Numbered from the stretch's first letter, positions 1-9,595 are shown. The stretch: DNA of 64,000 nt from Clostridiaceae bacterium (GCA_012839385.1 DUNL01000161.1:1824-65823), one strand, 5' to 3'. Numbers and translations are program-made. The notes: generated by a model from the letters alone, not told the origin.

Positions 1-1
1 T

Positions 2-361
2 ATGATCTATGACACCATGCAATATATCAAGGCAGATGTTCAGACGATTTGTATGGGTATGGCTGCCAGTATGGGAGCCTTTATTCTCGCGGCTGGAACG
101 AAGGGTAAGCGCTTTATGTTGCCTAATGCTGAAGTAATGATTCACCAGCCCCTGGGTCAAGTTTCAGGACAAGCTTCCGACATTACGATTGTCGCGGAAC
201 ATATATTGCGCATGAAGGAAAGACTGAATACAATCCTCGCGGATCTAACGGGGCAGCCGTTGGAAGTGATCGAACGCGATAGTGATCGTGACTTCTGGAT
301 GACTGCTGAGCAAGCAAAAGAATACGGAATTGTCGACAAGATAATGGAAAAGCGGGTATAA
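2..361 (+). CDS. clpP: ATP-dependent Clp protease proteolytic subunit ClpP, C-terminal part (5' end outside window)
   Basis: The ORF is open to the left edge. It carries the ClpP motifs GMAASMGAF (catalytic Ser) and MIHQPLG (catalytic His). clpX starts directly after its stop. Confidence 0.93.
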   Translation: MIYDTMQYIKADVQTICMGMAASMGAFILAAGTKGKRFMLPNAEVMIHQPLGQVSGQASDITIVAEHILRMKERLNTILADLTGQPLEVIERDSDRDFWMTAEQAKEYGIVDKIMEKRV

Positions 362-362
362 A

Positions 363-1643
363 ATGACGGATAGTGATGTCAACAAGACCTATATAGGTTT
401 GCGTTGCTCATTTTGTGGCAAAGCAGAGCGGGAAGTAGACCGACTTATAGCAGGTCCCGGCGTCTATATATGTAGTGATTGCGTAGAATTATGTAATGAA
501 TTGCTGGATGATGCCGCTACACCTGAATATGCTCTGGCACCTATTAAAGAGCCTGATAAATTGATGACTCCGCTGGAGATTAAACAAGCTTTAGATGAAT
601 ATGTAATTGGTCAAGAAGCGGCCAAAAAGATATTGGCTGTTTCTGTCTACAATCATTACAAGCGTGTTTTCTCACCGCGCCTGGAAGTAGAAGATGGTGT
701 CGAGTTAGGTAAGAGCAATATTATGCTAATTGGCCCCACAGGCAGTGGTAAAACGCTACTGGCTCAGACTCTGGCCAGACTTTTACATGTTCCTTTTGCT
801 ATAGCGGATGCCACCGCTCTTACAGAAGCCGGGTATGTTGGTGAAGATGTGGAAAATATACTCCTGCGTCTTCTGCAAAATGCTGATTTTGATATAGCTA
901 GAGCGGAGCGCGGTATCATATATGTAGATGAAATTGACAAGATTACCCGGCGCTCGGACAATCCTTCAATTACCAGAGATGTTTCGGGAGAGGGTGTGCA
1001 GCAGGCACTACTCAAAATTCTGGAAAGCACAATAGCTAATGTGCCTCCCCAAGGCGGTCGTAAGCACCCGCATCAAGAGTTTATACAGATAGATACAACA
1101 AATATTCTATTTATACTTGGCGGTGCCTTTGATGGGCTTGAGAAAATCATCATGGATCGTATCGGCAAAAAATCAATTGGCTTTGGAGCCATAATTGAGG
1201 ATTTGGACAAGACATCTCCGGATAAAGTTCTGAGCGAAATTATGCCGGAGGATTTGCTTAAATACGGTTTGATTCCGGAATTTATCGGCCGAGTCCCGGT
1301 GGCAGTCACCTTAAATGACCTGGATCAAGAGTCACTGGAGCGAATCCTTACCGAACCTAAAAATGCCCTTATCAAGCAGTATAAGAAGCTTTTTTCCTTT
1401 GACAATGTTGACTTGGAGTTTGAGCCAAAGGCAATCAGCGCCATAGCCAAAAGATCGATGGGGCTTAAGACCGGCGCCCGTGGCTTGCGCACCATTTTAG
1501 AAGATATAGTGTTAGATCTAATGTATGAAATCCCCTCCCGCTCTGATGTTGAAAAGATAATTGTTACAGAGGCAGCAGTTGCTGGACAAGAGGAGCCTAA
1601 ACTGGTTTTAAAATCCCCGAAGAAGGCTAAAAAAGCTCAATAA
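363..1643 (+). CDS. clpX: ATP-dependent Clp protease ATP-binding subunit ClpX
   Basis: N-terminal Zn finger CSFCGK..CSDC, Walker A GPTGSGKT, Walker [10 protein letters not shown], and an IGF loop (KKSIGFG) for ClpP docking. Confidence 0.96.
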   Translation: MTDSDVNKTYIGLRCSFCGKAEREVDRLIAGPGVYICSDCVELCNELLDDAATPEYALAPIKEPDKLMTPLEIKQALDEYVIGQEAAKKILAVSVYNHYKRVFSPRLEVEDGVELGKSNIMLIGPTGSGKTLLAQTLARLLHVPFAIADATALTEAGYVGEDVENILLRLLQNADFDIARAERGIIYVDEIDKITRRSDNPSITRDVSGEGVQQALLKILESTIANVPPQGGRKHPHQEFIQIDTTNILFILGGAFDGLEKIIMDRIGKKSIGFGAIIEDLDKTSPDKVLSEIMPEDLLKYGLIPEFIGRVPVAVTLNDLDQESLERILTEPKNALIKQYKKLFSFDNVDLEFEPKAISAIAKRSMGLKTGARGLRTILEDIVLDLMYEIPSRSDVEKIIVTEAAVAGQEEPKLVLKSPKKAKKAQ

Positions 1644-1668
1644 TAGAGACTGTTGACGACTATTGTTT

Positions 1669-1705
1669 AGCTCCGCCGACTGTTACAGACGGCGGAGCTT
1701 TTTTT
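1669..1705 (+). terminator. Rho-independent terminator after clpX
   Basis: Perfect 10-bp stem AGCTCCGCCG / CGGCGGAGCT with an 11-nt loop, followed by a T7 run. Confidence 0.85.
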
Positions 1706-1751
1706 GACAGTTATATTTATATAAGAATCAATATTTTGGGAGGAGTCAACT

Positions 1752-2768
1752 ATGACTGCGAAAATTGCAGAGATTCCGGATGCTGATCTATTGGATCCAG
1801 CTAATCAGCATACAGGTAAACCGTCATATATAGTTAGAGATGAAGAAGAACAAGTTTATGTAGCGAAGGCGATAAAATTATGGACGGATCACAGAGTTGC
1901 CTCTATATTGTCCTACCTGCGGGCTCCTGAATTTCCCCGTTGTCAAGGTTGGAGCGGATCTGATGTCGAGCGGGAAAGACCAAACATTTGCTCAACCTTG
2001 CCTGAAATCTTTGTTAGTCCCAAGCCTAGCTGCGGCGTGTATCTTATGGAATATATTGGAGGCAGATCTTTAGCCGAACTTAGAACAGAACAATTGCCTC
2101 CGGAAAAAATAATGGGCTGGATCTTGCACTTATCTAAAAGTCTTAAAGACCTGTCTTCTATCTTGTGTCAGCCTTTTTTGCACTTGGACATTAAACCGGG
2201 AAATATAATTATTCAAGACAATGGAACACCCGCCTTGATTGATTTTGACTGTTCTTTGATTTTAGATGATTTCGCGCGGCAATGGATTAAAGTTAAGAGA
2301 TCAACTGCGGGCTATGCCGCTCCGGAGGTACAATTAGCACGTCCCCACGCTAATTCAGATCTCTATAGTTTAGCTTGTACCGCCATATCTGTTTTAGCCG
2401 GTAGACCCTATAAAGAATTAAGCGAAGTAGATATTGAAGCGGCGCTGTCTAGACTAGAAGCAGACCATAGACATTTAATCAGACGCTGGCGGGAAGAAAA
2501 GCCTGAGTTGCGCGTTACAAATGGTAAGGCAGCTGAGAAAAGCTTGCTTCCATCATCTTTCACAACCAGTACGAAACATTCGGTTCCCTTGAGTGCGGAT
2601 AATGGTGACAGTAATGTGAATATGGGTATCGCAGATAGTTTTCAAACCTTAGCTCAACTAACAGGAGTGCCATTTTCTTCTTTCCCTTTGTTATGCAGGG
2701 ATCAAGCACAACCGGTTTCAATTCGGGTGGAGTATAGATTTACTGTTAATCCGCATGCCGGGGAATAG
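1752..2768 (+). CDS. Atypical Hanks-type Ser/Thr protein kinase-like protein (soluble, no Gly-rich loop, DFD instead of DFG)
   Basis: VAKAIK (VAIK-like Lys), catalytic loop HLDIKPGN, IDFDCS at the DFG position, GYAAPE (APE motif) and DLYSLA. The SD GGGAGGAG lies 7 nt before the ATG. Confidence 0.7.
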   Translation: MTAKIAEIPDADLLDPANQHTGKPSYIVRDEEEQVYVAKAIKLWTDHRVASILSYLRAPEFPRCQGWSGSDVERERPNICSTLPEIFVSPKPSCGVYLMEYIGGRSLAELRTEQLPPEKIMGWILHLSKSLKDLSSILCQPFLHLDIKPGNIIIQDNGTPALIDFDCSLILDDFARQWIKVKRSTAGYAAPEVQLARPHANSDLYSLACTAISVLAGRPYKELSEVDIEAALSRLEADHRHLIRRWREEKPELRVTNGKAAEKSLLPSSFTTSTKHSVPLSADNGDSNVNMGIADSFQTLAQLTGVPFSSFPLLCRDQAQPVSIRVEYRFTVNPHAGE

Positions 2769-2943
2769 TTAAACAAGTTCTCGATATTGCAAAAATCTCC
2801 TTCAAAGTACTAATTACTGCAAGTATAAATTTAATTATTCACTTATAGTCACTTATGTTTCGTCGGCATTTTGCAACCAATGCTAATATTTAGAAAATAA
2901 TATTTTTAAATAAAATAAGTACCGTAAGAAAGGAGATTAAGCT

Positions 2944-4125
2944 GTGTTAAAAACCAAAGGTCGCACTGTATTTGTCTTGCTACTGGTTATTTTAATAACG
3001 GTATTATGTATTTATATTGTTCCGCGGCCGAAGGAGCTTAATCATACTAAAACAATGAATAGACTACCTTCTAATCCTAATCTGTCAGTCTCTTATGACG
3101 AGGCCGAATTAAAGACAATTGTATTGGCCGGAGGATGCTTCTGGGGCATTGAAGCCTATATGGCGAGAGTTTATGGTGTTTTCAGCGCTGTCTCCGGTTA
3201 TGCTAATGGCGACCCTTCATATACTAGTGTCAGTTACAATGAAGTTAGTACAGGTAAGACGGGTTTTGCTGAGGCAGTTATGGTACTTTATGATCCGCGG
3301 CGCATTTTATTGAAAGATTTATTGCAACAATTTTTGCTTGTGATTGATCCAACTCAACATAACAGGCAGGGCAATGATTATGGTACGCAATACCGTACGG
3401 GTATTTACTATCTTGATCCAGATGACTTGGACGTAATTAATCATGTTCTAGCTCTTGAACAAGAAAAATATCAGAAAAAGATAGTCACTGAAGTTCAAGA
3501 ATTAACTCAGTTCTTCCCAGCTGAAGAGTATCATCAAAAATATCTGGAAAAGAATCCTGATGGCTATTGTCACGTCTCATTCGATACTTTGCCCACTGTG
3601 AATGAAGAGGATGAAGCCTTGTCAGTAAATACAGAAGATAAACACAAAAAAACAAAATCCGGGGCAACAGAAGTCTTTACTAAACCGGATCAGGAAGTTT
3701 TAATTAAGACCTTAACTCCGCTTCAGTACTATGTTACGCAAAAGGCCGGTACTGAACCTCCTTTTCAAAATGAATACGACAATGAATTCCGTACAGGAAT
3801 TTATGTTGATATTGTGACTGGAGAACCTTTGTTTCTCTCCACCGATAAATATGACAGCGGATGTGGTTGGCCGGCCTTTACAAAGCCCATCTCACAGGAT
3901 CTACTGACTGAAAAAATAGACCTTTCTCTTGGTATCAAAAGAACTGAAGTGATTAGTAGTTTAGGTGAAACCCATCTAGGTCATGTTTTTGAAGATGGGC
4001 CTAAAGATCAAGGTGGTCTACGCTATTGTATTAATAGCGCTTCGTTACGCTTCATTCCCCTTGAAGATATGGCGGCAAGTGGGTATTCCCGCTGGATTCC
4101 TCTATTACTTGATGAAGATCGGTAA
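2944..4125 (+). CDS. msrAB: Membrane-anchored bifunctional peptide methionine sulfoxide reductase MsrA-MsrB fusion
   Basis: N-terminal hydrophobic anchor [18 protein letters not shown] after K/R residues. MsrA motif GGCFWG. MsrB motifs GCGWPAF and RYCINS. GTG start 8 nt after AGGAG. Confidence 0.9.
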   Translation: MLKTKGRTVFVLLLVILITVLCIYIVPRPKELNHTKTMNRLPSNPNLSVSYDEAELKTIVLAGGCFWGIEAYMARVYGVFSAVSGYANGDPSYTSVSYNEVSTGKTGFAEAVMVLYDPRRILLKDLLQQFLLVIDPTQHNRQGNDYGTQYRTGIYYLDPDDLDVINHVLALEQEKYQKKIVTEVQELTQFFPAEEYHQKYLEKNPDGYCHVSFDTLPTVNEEDEALSVNTEDKHKKTKSGATEVFTKPDQEVLIKTLTPLQYYVTQKAGTEPPFQNEYDNEFRTGIYVDIVTGEPLFLSTDKYDSGCGWPAFTKPISQDLLTEKIDLSLGIKRTEVISSLGETHLGHVFEDGPKDQGGLRYCINSASLRFIPLEDMAASGYSRWIPLLLDEDR

Positions 4126-4320
4126 TTTGAACTTACCGCTTGTGAACAACTGAGTTATCCTATAACAGGCTGGAATCAGTGCCGGGGATGAGGCTGGAAA
4201 GAGATTTTATGATGTTACCTCTTGTTGAAATCACGGACGGCAAAATACGTGAGACCACTACTGCTAAACTTGTAAAATAGAGCTGTTATCCCTTATAGTT
4301 TAATGACAAGAGGAGGATTT

Positions 4321-4890
4321 ATGTCAGATCAAAGGAATGCTAACCAAGCCCAAACAGAAAAACAACAAAACACTCCTAGAAATAATAAAGTCACCACTAC
4401 TAGAAGGGGACAAAGCAGGAAAAGAGTGTCAGAACGTAAGAAGGAAAATATTAGTAGGAAAACAACGAGCAAATCAGGTAGCCGTAGGCGCCGAACTGAC
4501 AACAAACGCAAAAGCGACAATACTGCGCAAAGGTCCTCGGTTAAGGAAAGCTCGCCATCTCGACAGAGCTCTAGAAGCAGAAAACGCGGCAAACAGAAAA
4601 CTCGTCAGAGTAGAGCGCGTGCTGTAATTCAGAAAAAAGAAAAAGCAGAAAATATCCAAGAAAATATTAGTGATAAGGATACCGAGCAAGGTAAGAAAAA
4701 AATGGACTCTAGATCTAGACGTAAGCCCAGTAGACAGGTTAGACAAATACGTCAGCACAGTAAAAAGAGACAAATAAATATTGTTAAGGCGCCGGAAACT
4801 CTGGAAGATGTAGAGAAAGAAATCAGAGCTTTAGAGAAAGAAATTTCTCTGGAGATTAGGTCTATTTCTAATATCAATCTTAATTTCTGA
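4321..4890 (+). CDS. Highly basic Lys/Arg/Ser-rich low-complexity protein with a C-terminal coiled-coil-like segment (function unknown)
   Basis: The ATG at 4321 follows AGAGGAGGA, whereas the ATG at 4303 has no SD. By my count 56 of 189 residues are K or R. The stop is 13 nt before the SD and start of the next gene, so the two are probably co-transcribed. Confidence 0.6.
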   Translation: MSDQRNANQAQTEKQQNTPRNNKVTTTRRGQSRKRVSERKKENISRKTTSKSGSRRRRTDNKRKSDNTAQRSSVKESSPSRQSSRSRKRGKQKTRQSRARAVIQKKEKAENIQENISDKDTEQGKKKMDSRSRRKPSRQVRQIRQHSKKRQINIVKAPETLEDVEKEIRALEKEISLEIRSISNINLNF

Positions 4891-4905
4891 TATCAGGAGC
4901 GTTAG

Positions 4906-6336
4906 ATGAACGATTTTTCGCGAATGCCTCTAGTAGAGACGCTCTTCGCAGCGGCGGAAGGGCGTTTTTCCTTCCACATGCCTGGACATAGGCAAGGACA
5001 ATCTTTTCCGACCTGGCTACGGGATAAATTATGGACGCTCGATACTACTGAACTGGAAGTAACGGGTGATCTAAATCAACCCGCGGGGAAAGTAAAAGAG
5101 GCGATGAATCTGGCAGCTGCCTTTTTTGGTGCCGGCCATACACGTTTTGTCACTACGGGGACTACGACTTCGCTTTTGACTGCCTTAGCTACAGCTTGCC
5201 CCAGAAAAAGCCAAATTATTTTACCACGTCGTGTCCATCAGGCAGTTATGCATGGGGTGGCGCTGCTAGATCTAGAACCCATATGGGCTGATATTAATAT
5301 TAATCAAGATGTTGAAGAAGCATTACTACGCTCCCTGCATAATAATCCTCAGGCCAGCGCGGTTTTTGTTACTTCTCCCGGCTACGATGGAAGAACTGTA
5401 CCTCTTAGAAATATAGCTAGTTTGGTTGGGGAAATGGACTGCTCTCTGATTGTGGATGAAGCGCACGGCTCACATTTTGTGGCAGCGCCCGGGTTACTAC
5501 CGCCGTCAGCTTTGTCTCAAGGAGCGGACTTAGTTGCCATGAGCGCCCATAAAACTTTGCCTGCTCTTACGCCGGGAAGCTATCTTCATGTCAGTAAGGT
5601 GGCCCTGGAATCAGGAAAAATCGGAACTGACAAATTGGGACAGATGCTCAAAGTATTTCAGACATCAAGCCCATCATTTGTTATTGCCGCGTCTTTGGAC
5701 TATGCCCGTTTTTGGCTGGAATCTGAAGGACAGCGGTCGATTGAGAAATTGTTGACACTGATTTCTCAGCTTGACCAGAATTTGCCCACTGTTGTTAACC
5801 GTACCCAAACTGAGGGTTCTGATCCCCTACGTCTAACTTATGATTACAGGGATAGCGGTTTGAATCGGCTTGAGGTCCAAGGTATATTTAATCAATACAA
5901 AGTGGATCCTGAAATTATTGACCTTAATCAAATTATTCTTATTCCGGCTCTGGACGCGGGAATTAGAGAGTTTAAAGCTCTGGCTCTCGCTTTAAATGCT
6001 CTAGGTGCCGCTGCCGATACCGGGAGCACTTCTCGCGCTTCAAATGGGGATCTTTCATGGATAGCGTCTTTACTTGATTCGTCAGCGCCTTCGTCAATAC
6101 CTATAAGTAAGGTTATGTTCGGCAATATGAAGAAAACTGAAGTTCCGTTAAGAAATGCTCATGGTAGAGTAGCCGCGGAAGCCATTGTTCCTTATCCACC
6201 GGGGGTAGCTATGGTCTGGCCGGGCGAGATAATTACTTCTGAACGTATCGAGGCGATAGAACAATTAATTAGCGCCAACATTGCTGTCTATGGAGTGCAT
6301 AAGCCTGACAGCTACAGTGTTATCGTGTTAGAATAA
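4906..6336 (+). CDS. Orn/Lys/Arg decarboxylase family PLP enzyme (YaaO-like)
   Basis: PLP-lysine motif SAHKTLP and an FHMPGH N-terminal motif. It sits directly upstream of tmk, as yaaO does in Bacillus. Confidence 0.8.
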   Translation: MNDFSRMPLVETLFAAAEGRFSFHMPGHRQGQSFPTWLRDKLWTLDTTELEVTGDLNQPAGKVKEAMNLAAAFFGAGHTRFVTTGTTTSLLTALATACPRKSQIILPRRVHQAVMHGVALLDLEPIWADININQDVEEALLRSLHNNPQASAVFVTSPGYDGRTVPLRNIASLVGEMDCSLIVDEAHGSHFVAAPGLLPPSALSQGADLVAMSAHKTLPALTPGSYLHVSKVALESGKIGTDKLGQMLKVFQTSSPSFVIAASLDYARFWLESEGQRSIEKLLTLISQLDQNLPTVVNRTQTEGSDPLRLTYDYRDSGLNRLEVQGIFNQYKVDPEIIDLNQIILIPALDAGIREFKALALALNALGAAADTGSTSRASNGDLSWIASLLDSSAPSSIPISKVMFGNMKKTEVPLRNAHGRVAAEAIVPYPPGVAMVWPGEIITSERIEAIEQLISANIAVYGVHKPDSYSVIVLE

Positions 6337-6364
6337 TAAAGAAAGATTATGTGGAGATTGTTAG

Positions 6365-7000
6365 ATGAAAGCTAGAGGCTTTCTTATCACATTTGAGGGT
6401 GTGGATGGCACAGGTAAGACCACACATGTAGAAAGACTGGCTAAAGATCTCAAAGCTGAAGGTCATGAGGTCTTATTGCTGAGAGAGCCGGGTGGAACAA
6501 ATATTGGCGAACAGATACGTCAGATTTTGCTTAAACGTGAGCACCAGGCCATGACGGATATATCTGAACTGTTTTTGTTTGCCGCGGCTCGGTCTCAGTT
6601 AGTCAGAGAAGTTATTAGACCGGCTCTTGAGCAGGGTGTCTTCGTCATTTGTGATCGTTTTATCGATTCTACTGTTGCCTATCAGGGGTATGGCAGAGGA
6701 GTAGATATTGATTTTGTAAAAAGTGTGAATGAGGCCGCGGTTGGCAAGACTAAGCCTGATCTCACAATATGGATAGATATTGATCTGGAGGTACTTGCTA
6801 AAAGACTGGGCAAGCGTACTCAAAATAATAAGGCAGACCGGCTTGACTTGGAACCAACGGCTTTTCGCGCTAGAGTTCGGGAAGGTTATCAAAAAATCCA
6901 TGAGGCTGAGCCACAACGGGTTTTTCGTGTTATGTCAATGCCAAATATAGATGATACTTATGAACAGATCATTACTTGTGTTAGGAGGGAGATTCTATGA
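6365..7000 (+). CDS. tmk: Thymidylate kinase
   Basis: P-loop FEGVDGTGKTT, a DRF-type motif CDRFIDS, and a size of 211 aa. Confidence 0.93.
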   Translation: MKARGFLITFEGVDGTGKTTHVERLAKDLKAEGHEVLLLREPGGTNIGEQIRQILLKREHQAMTDISELFLFAAARSQLVREVIRPALEQGVFVICDRFIDSTVAYQGYGRGVDIDFVKSVNEAAVGKTKPDLTIWIDIDLEVLAKRLGKRTQNNKADRLDLEPTAFRARVREGYQKIHEAEPQRVFRVMSMPNIDDTYEQIITCVRREIL

Positions 7001-7326
7001 AATTGATATTTGCAATCATCAATGACGAAGACAGCCCACGCCTCATTTCTGAAATTAATCGTGCCGGACAACGCGTTACAAAATTAAACTCGACAGGAGG
7101 TTTCTTGCGCTCCGGGAATACGACTTTGATGGCAGTTGTTGAAGATGATTTCCTGGAAACTTTACTGGAGATTATTCGTAAATACGCCAAGAGTCGCAAA
7201 GCGGTTGTTAATTCCAGTGTTACACCTAGTGTGTTGGGCGGAACTTTTATGCCTTTACCTGTAGAGGTCCAGATTGGTGGCGCTACAGTGTTTGTAGTCA
7301 ATGTCGAGCACTTCGAAAAGATCTAA
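6997..7326 (+). CDS. darA: PII-like cyclic-di-AMP receptor DarA (YaaQ family)
   Basis: 109 aa, with MKLIFAIINDED.. and the STGGFLRSGNTTL pattern typical of YaaQ/DarA. It overlaps the tmk stop by 4 nt and has the SD AGGAGGGAG. Confidence 0.85.
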   Translation: MKLIFAIINDEDSPRLISEINRAGQRVTKLNSTGGFLRSGNTTLMAVVEDDFLETLLEIIRKYAKSRKAVVNSSVTPSVLGGTFMPLPVEVQIGGATVFVVNVEHFEKI

Positions 7327-8479
7327 GGTAAAAGGCTTTTCCCGTCTTACAGGCTTAACTGCACTCAAGAGTCGTTTAGCTAGCATTGTTTTGACGGAGG
7401 ACAATTCCTGTATCCTCCTGACAGGTCCTCCGGGCAGTGGCAAAAAAAAATTAGCAAATCTGATCGCGCAGGCTTTGCTTTGTCATGCTCCGAGTAAAAC
7501 AGGAGCATGTGAGGAATGTTCATCTTGTCATAATTTTGATCTTGGTAATCACCTTGACTTTAGTACTTTAGAAGCTGAAGGTGGGAAAAAGTTTGTACCG
7601 ACGGAGAGAGTGCGAAACACTCTGGCAGATCTGGTTATGTTGCCCCGCCTGGGTAAATATAAAGTACTATTAATCAATGCTGATGAGCTGAATGAGCAAG
7701 GTCAGAATGTCTTGCTCAAAACCCTTGAGGAACCGATGCTGCATACCCGATTGATCCTCACTTGTTGTGATCCTTCAAGATTGTTGCCCACAGTATTGTC
7801 CCGCGTTGTAAACCTCAGAGTAGACCGACGCTCCGAAGAGGAAATTATTCAGATTATTAGAGAAGAGCTAACGGCTGATATTTTGTCGGAGGGACAATGT
7901 CTAAGTGAAGAGGATATTAAATTTTATGCCAGGTTTTCTGCCGGACTGCCGGGGAAAGCTTTGGAGTTGGCGGCCGGTGGCTGGTTTAAAGATTTGAGGG
8001 CCGGTGTTGCCAAGGTTTATTTTTCTTTGGATCAAGCCAGTGAGTTGGATCTTTTTACCGATAGCTATTTGTTCTTCCAAGATAATAAAGAACATGCTGA
8101 TACAATGATTAATATTTTGCAGAGTTTGATCCGAGATGAGCTATGTCTGTTCTGGAAAACTGTTGATCGAATAGTGAATTCTGATCTTTTGCGAGAACTT
8201 GAAAGTGCTTATAAACGTAAAAAAGCAAGAATATATTCTCTGGTTGAAGCCGAGGACAAGGAACAGGGATTGTTGCGCTGGAGAAATGAGACAGCAAATC
8301 TGACTGAGGAGGAATTACGGCTACAAGAAAGGCTAACCCTAGCGGATGTTGTTATTGAAGAGTGCAGAGAAGCTTTGGCTAGAAATGTGAATTTTGAGTT
8401 GTTGATCACCCGCATGTTGCTTCACTTAAAGTATTTGGCAACAGAGGCGAATCTAATAGAGAGAAGGAAGTATGAATAA
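7301..8479 (+). CDS. holB: DNA polymerase III delta' subunit (clamp-loader)
   Basis: P-loop GPPGSGKK, a Zn module CHAPSKTGACEECSSCHNF, and an SRV sensor-like motif (LSRVVNL). The start is uncertain; ATG 7301 overlaps darA by 26 nt and has no clear SD. Confidence 0.8.
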   Translation: MSSTSKRSKVKGFSRLTGLTALKSRLASIVLTEDNSCILLTGPPGSGKKKLANLIAQALLCHAPSKTGACEECSSCHNFDLGNHLDFSTLEAEGGKKFVPTERVRNTLADLVMLPRLGKYKVLLINADELNEQGQNVLLKTLEEPMLHTRLILTCCDPSRLLPTVLSRVVNLRVDRRSEEEIIQIIREELTADILSEGQCLSEEDIKFYARFSAGLPGKALELAAGGWFKDLRAGVAKVYFSLDQASELDLFTDSYLFFQDNKEHADTMINILQSLIRDELCLFWKTVDRIVNSDLLRELESAYKRKKARIYSLVEAEDKEQGLLRWRNETANLTEEELRLQERLTLADVVIEECREALARNVNFELLITRMLLHLKYLATEANLIERRKYE

Positions 8480-9470
8480 TTTAGTAAGTGTCCAACTTCA
8501 CGGACAAGCCCGCTACTATCAGGCTGGTGCCGGTGATCTTATTTTGAAGCAGGGAGACGCGGTAATTGTTGAAGATGAGCAAGGGACCGCGTTCGCGTAT
8601 GTGATGGTACCTCCCTACAAGATCGACACCGGCATACTTAAACACGAGCCCATGAAAATTTTGCGTCAGGCGACGGCAGAAGATTTTTCTCATTTTGAAG
8701 ACAATTGTCGCCAGGAAACAGAAGCTTTAAAAATTGCTAAAGAGCGTGTAGAACATCATGGTCTGGAAATGCATCTGATTTCCGCTTACTATCCCTTTGA
8801 CAATCATAAATTGTTATTTTACTTTACGGCTGACGGTAGAATTGATTTCAGAGAATTGGTTCGTGATTTAGCCTCTATATTTCATACGCGTATAGAACTT
8901 AGACAGATAGGTGTTCGGGATGAAGCAGGCATGATTGGTGGTCTGGGAGTTTGTGGTAGAGAGCTGTGCTGTTCCTCTTTCTTGAAGAGCTTTTTACCTG
9001 TCTCGATACGCATGGCTAAGGATCAGAACTTATCTATGAATCCCGCGAAGATTTCAGGAGCTTGCGGTCGTTTGCTCTGTTGCCTAAATTATGAACAGGA
9101 AGCCTATCTGAATGCTGCTCAGAGGCTTCCGGGTAAGAATGCCAAAATTAGATATCAAGGAGAAATTGGCATTATAGAAAGTGTAAATCTTTTAAAAGAA
9201 ACGGTGCAAGTTAAATTCGATCGTGAGGATGAGCCCGTAATTTTACAACTAAAGGTGGTGGAGATAGATGTTATTAGTGACCCTTCAAAAAAGAAACAAG
9301 AAGCTAATAAAAAGAAAAGTAAAGTCAAGTCATTTCGTAGCCGTCAGAGCAAGTCTTTAGACAAAAAAGATAAACTTAAATTGCGTTTAGGAAAAAAAGA
9401 TAAAAAGATACTTGGCAAAAAGATAAAATTAAGTAAGCGAAACAAGCCGGAGTCAACTGCAAATACATAG
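8472..9470 (+). CDS. ricT: PSP1-domain protein RicT/YaaT with a Lys-rich C-terminal extension
   Basis: Cys-rich PSP1 motifs GVCGRELCC and GACGRLLCCLNYE. It sits after holB as in Bacillus. The last ~65 aa are K-rich low complexity. Confidence 0.85.
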   Translation: MNNLVSVQLHGQARYYQAGAGDLILKQGDAVIVEDEQGTAFAYVMVPPYKIDTGILKHEPMKILRQATAEDFSHFEDNCRQETEALKIAKERVEHHGLEMHLISAYYPFDNHKLLFYFTADGRIDFRELVRDLASIFHTRIELRQIGVRDEAGMIGGLGVCGRELCCSSFLKSFLPVSIRMAKDQNLSMNPAKISGACGRLLCCLNYEQEAYLNAAQRLPGKNAKIRYQGEIGIIESVNLLKETVQVKFDREDEPVILQLKVVEIDVISDPSKKKQEANKKKSKVKSFRSRQSKSLDKKDKLKLRLGKKDKKILGKKIKLSKRNKPESTANT

Positions 9471-9534
9471 CATACCGGAATGAAAAACAGCGTATGCTTC
9501 GTATATTAACAGTTAACCACAACGGTAAAGTTGT

Positions 9535-9578
9535 ACAAAGAACGAAGACCTCTCGCGCGAGAGGTCTTCGTTCTTTGT
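9535..9578. terminator. Bidirectional Rho-independent terminator between convergent ricT and the GRE gene
   Basis: A 44-nt near-perfect palindrome, ACAAAGAACGAAGACCTCTCGCG/CGAGAGGTCTTCGTTCTTTGT, with A/T-rich flanks on both sides. Confidence 0.85.
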
Positions 9579-9595
9579 TAATCATCAACTTATGC

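Noticed and set aside
4329-4773. Three alternative-frame ORFs (87, 96 and 99 aa) overlapping the basic-protein gene.
   Set aside because: Purine-rich low-complexity DNA lacks stop codons in several frames. Only the frame starting at 4321 has an SD and runs into the downstream operon. Confirmation still needs expression data.
7442-7450. A9 homopolymer inside the holB P-loop codons (GKKK) as a possible slippage or phase-variation site.
   Set aside because: The reading frame is intact through the run, and an essential replication gene is an unlikely phase-variable target. It is noted only as a potential sequencing-error hotspot.
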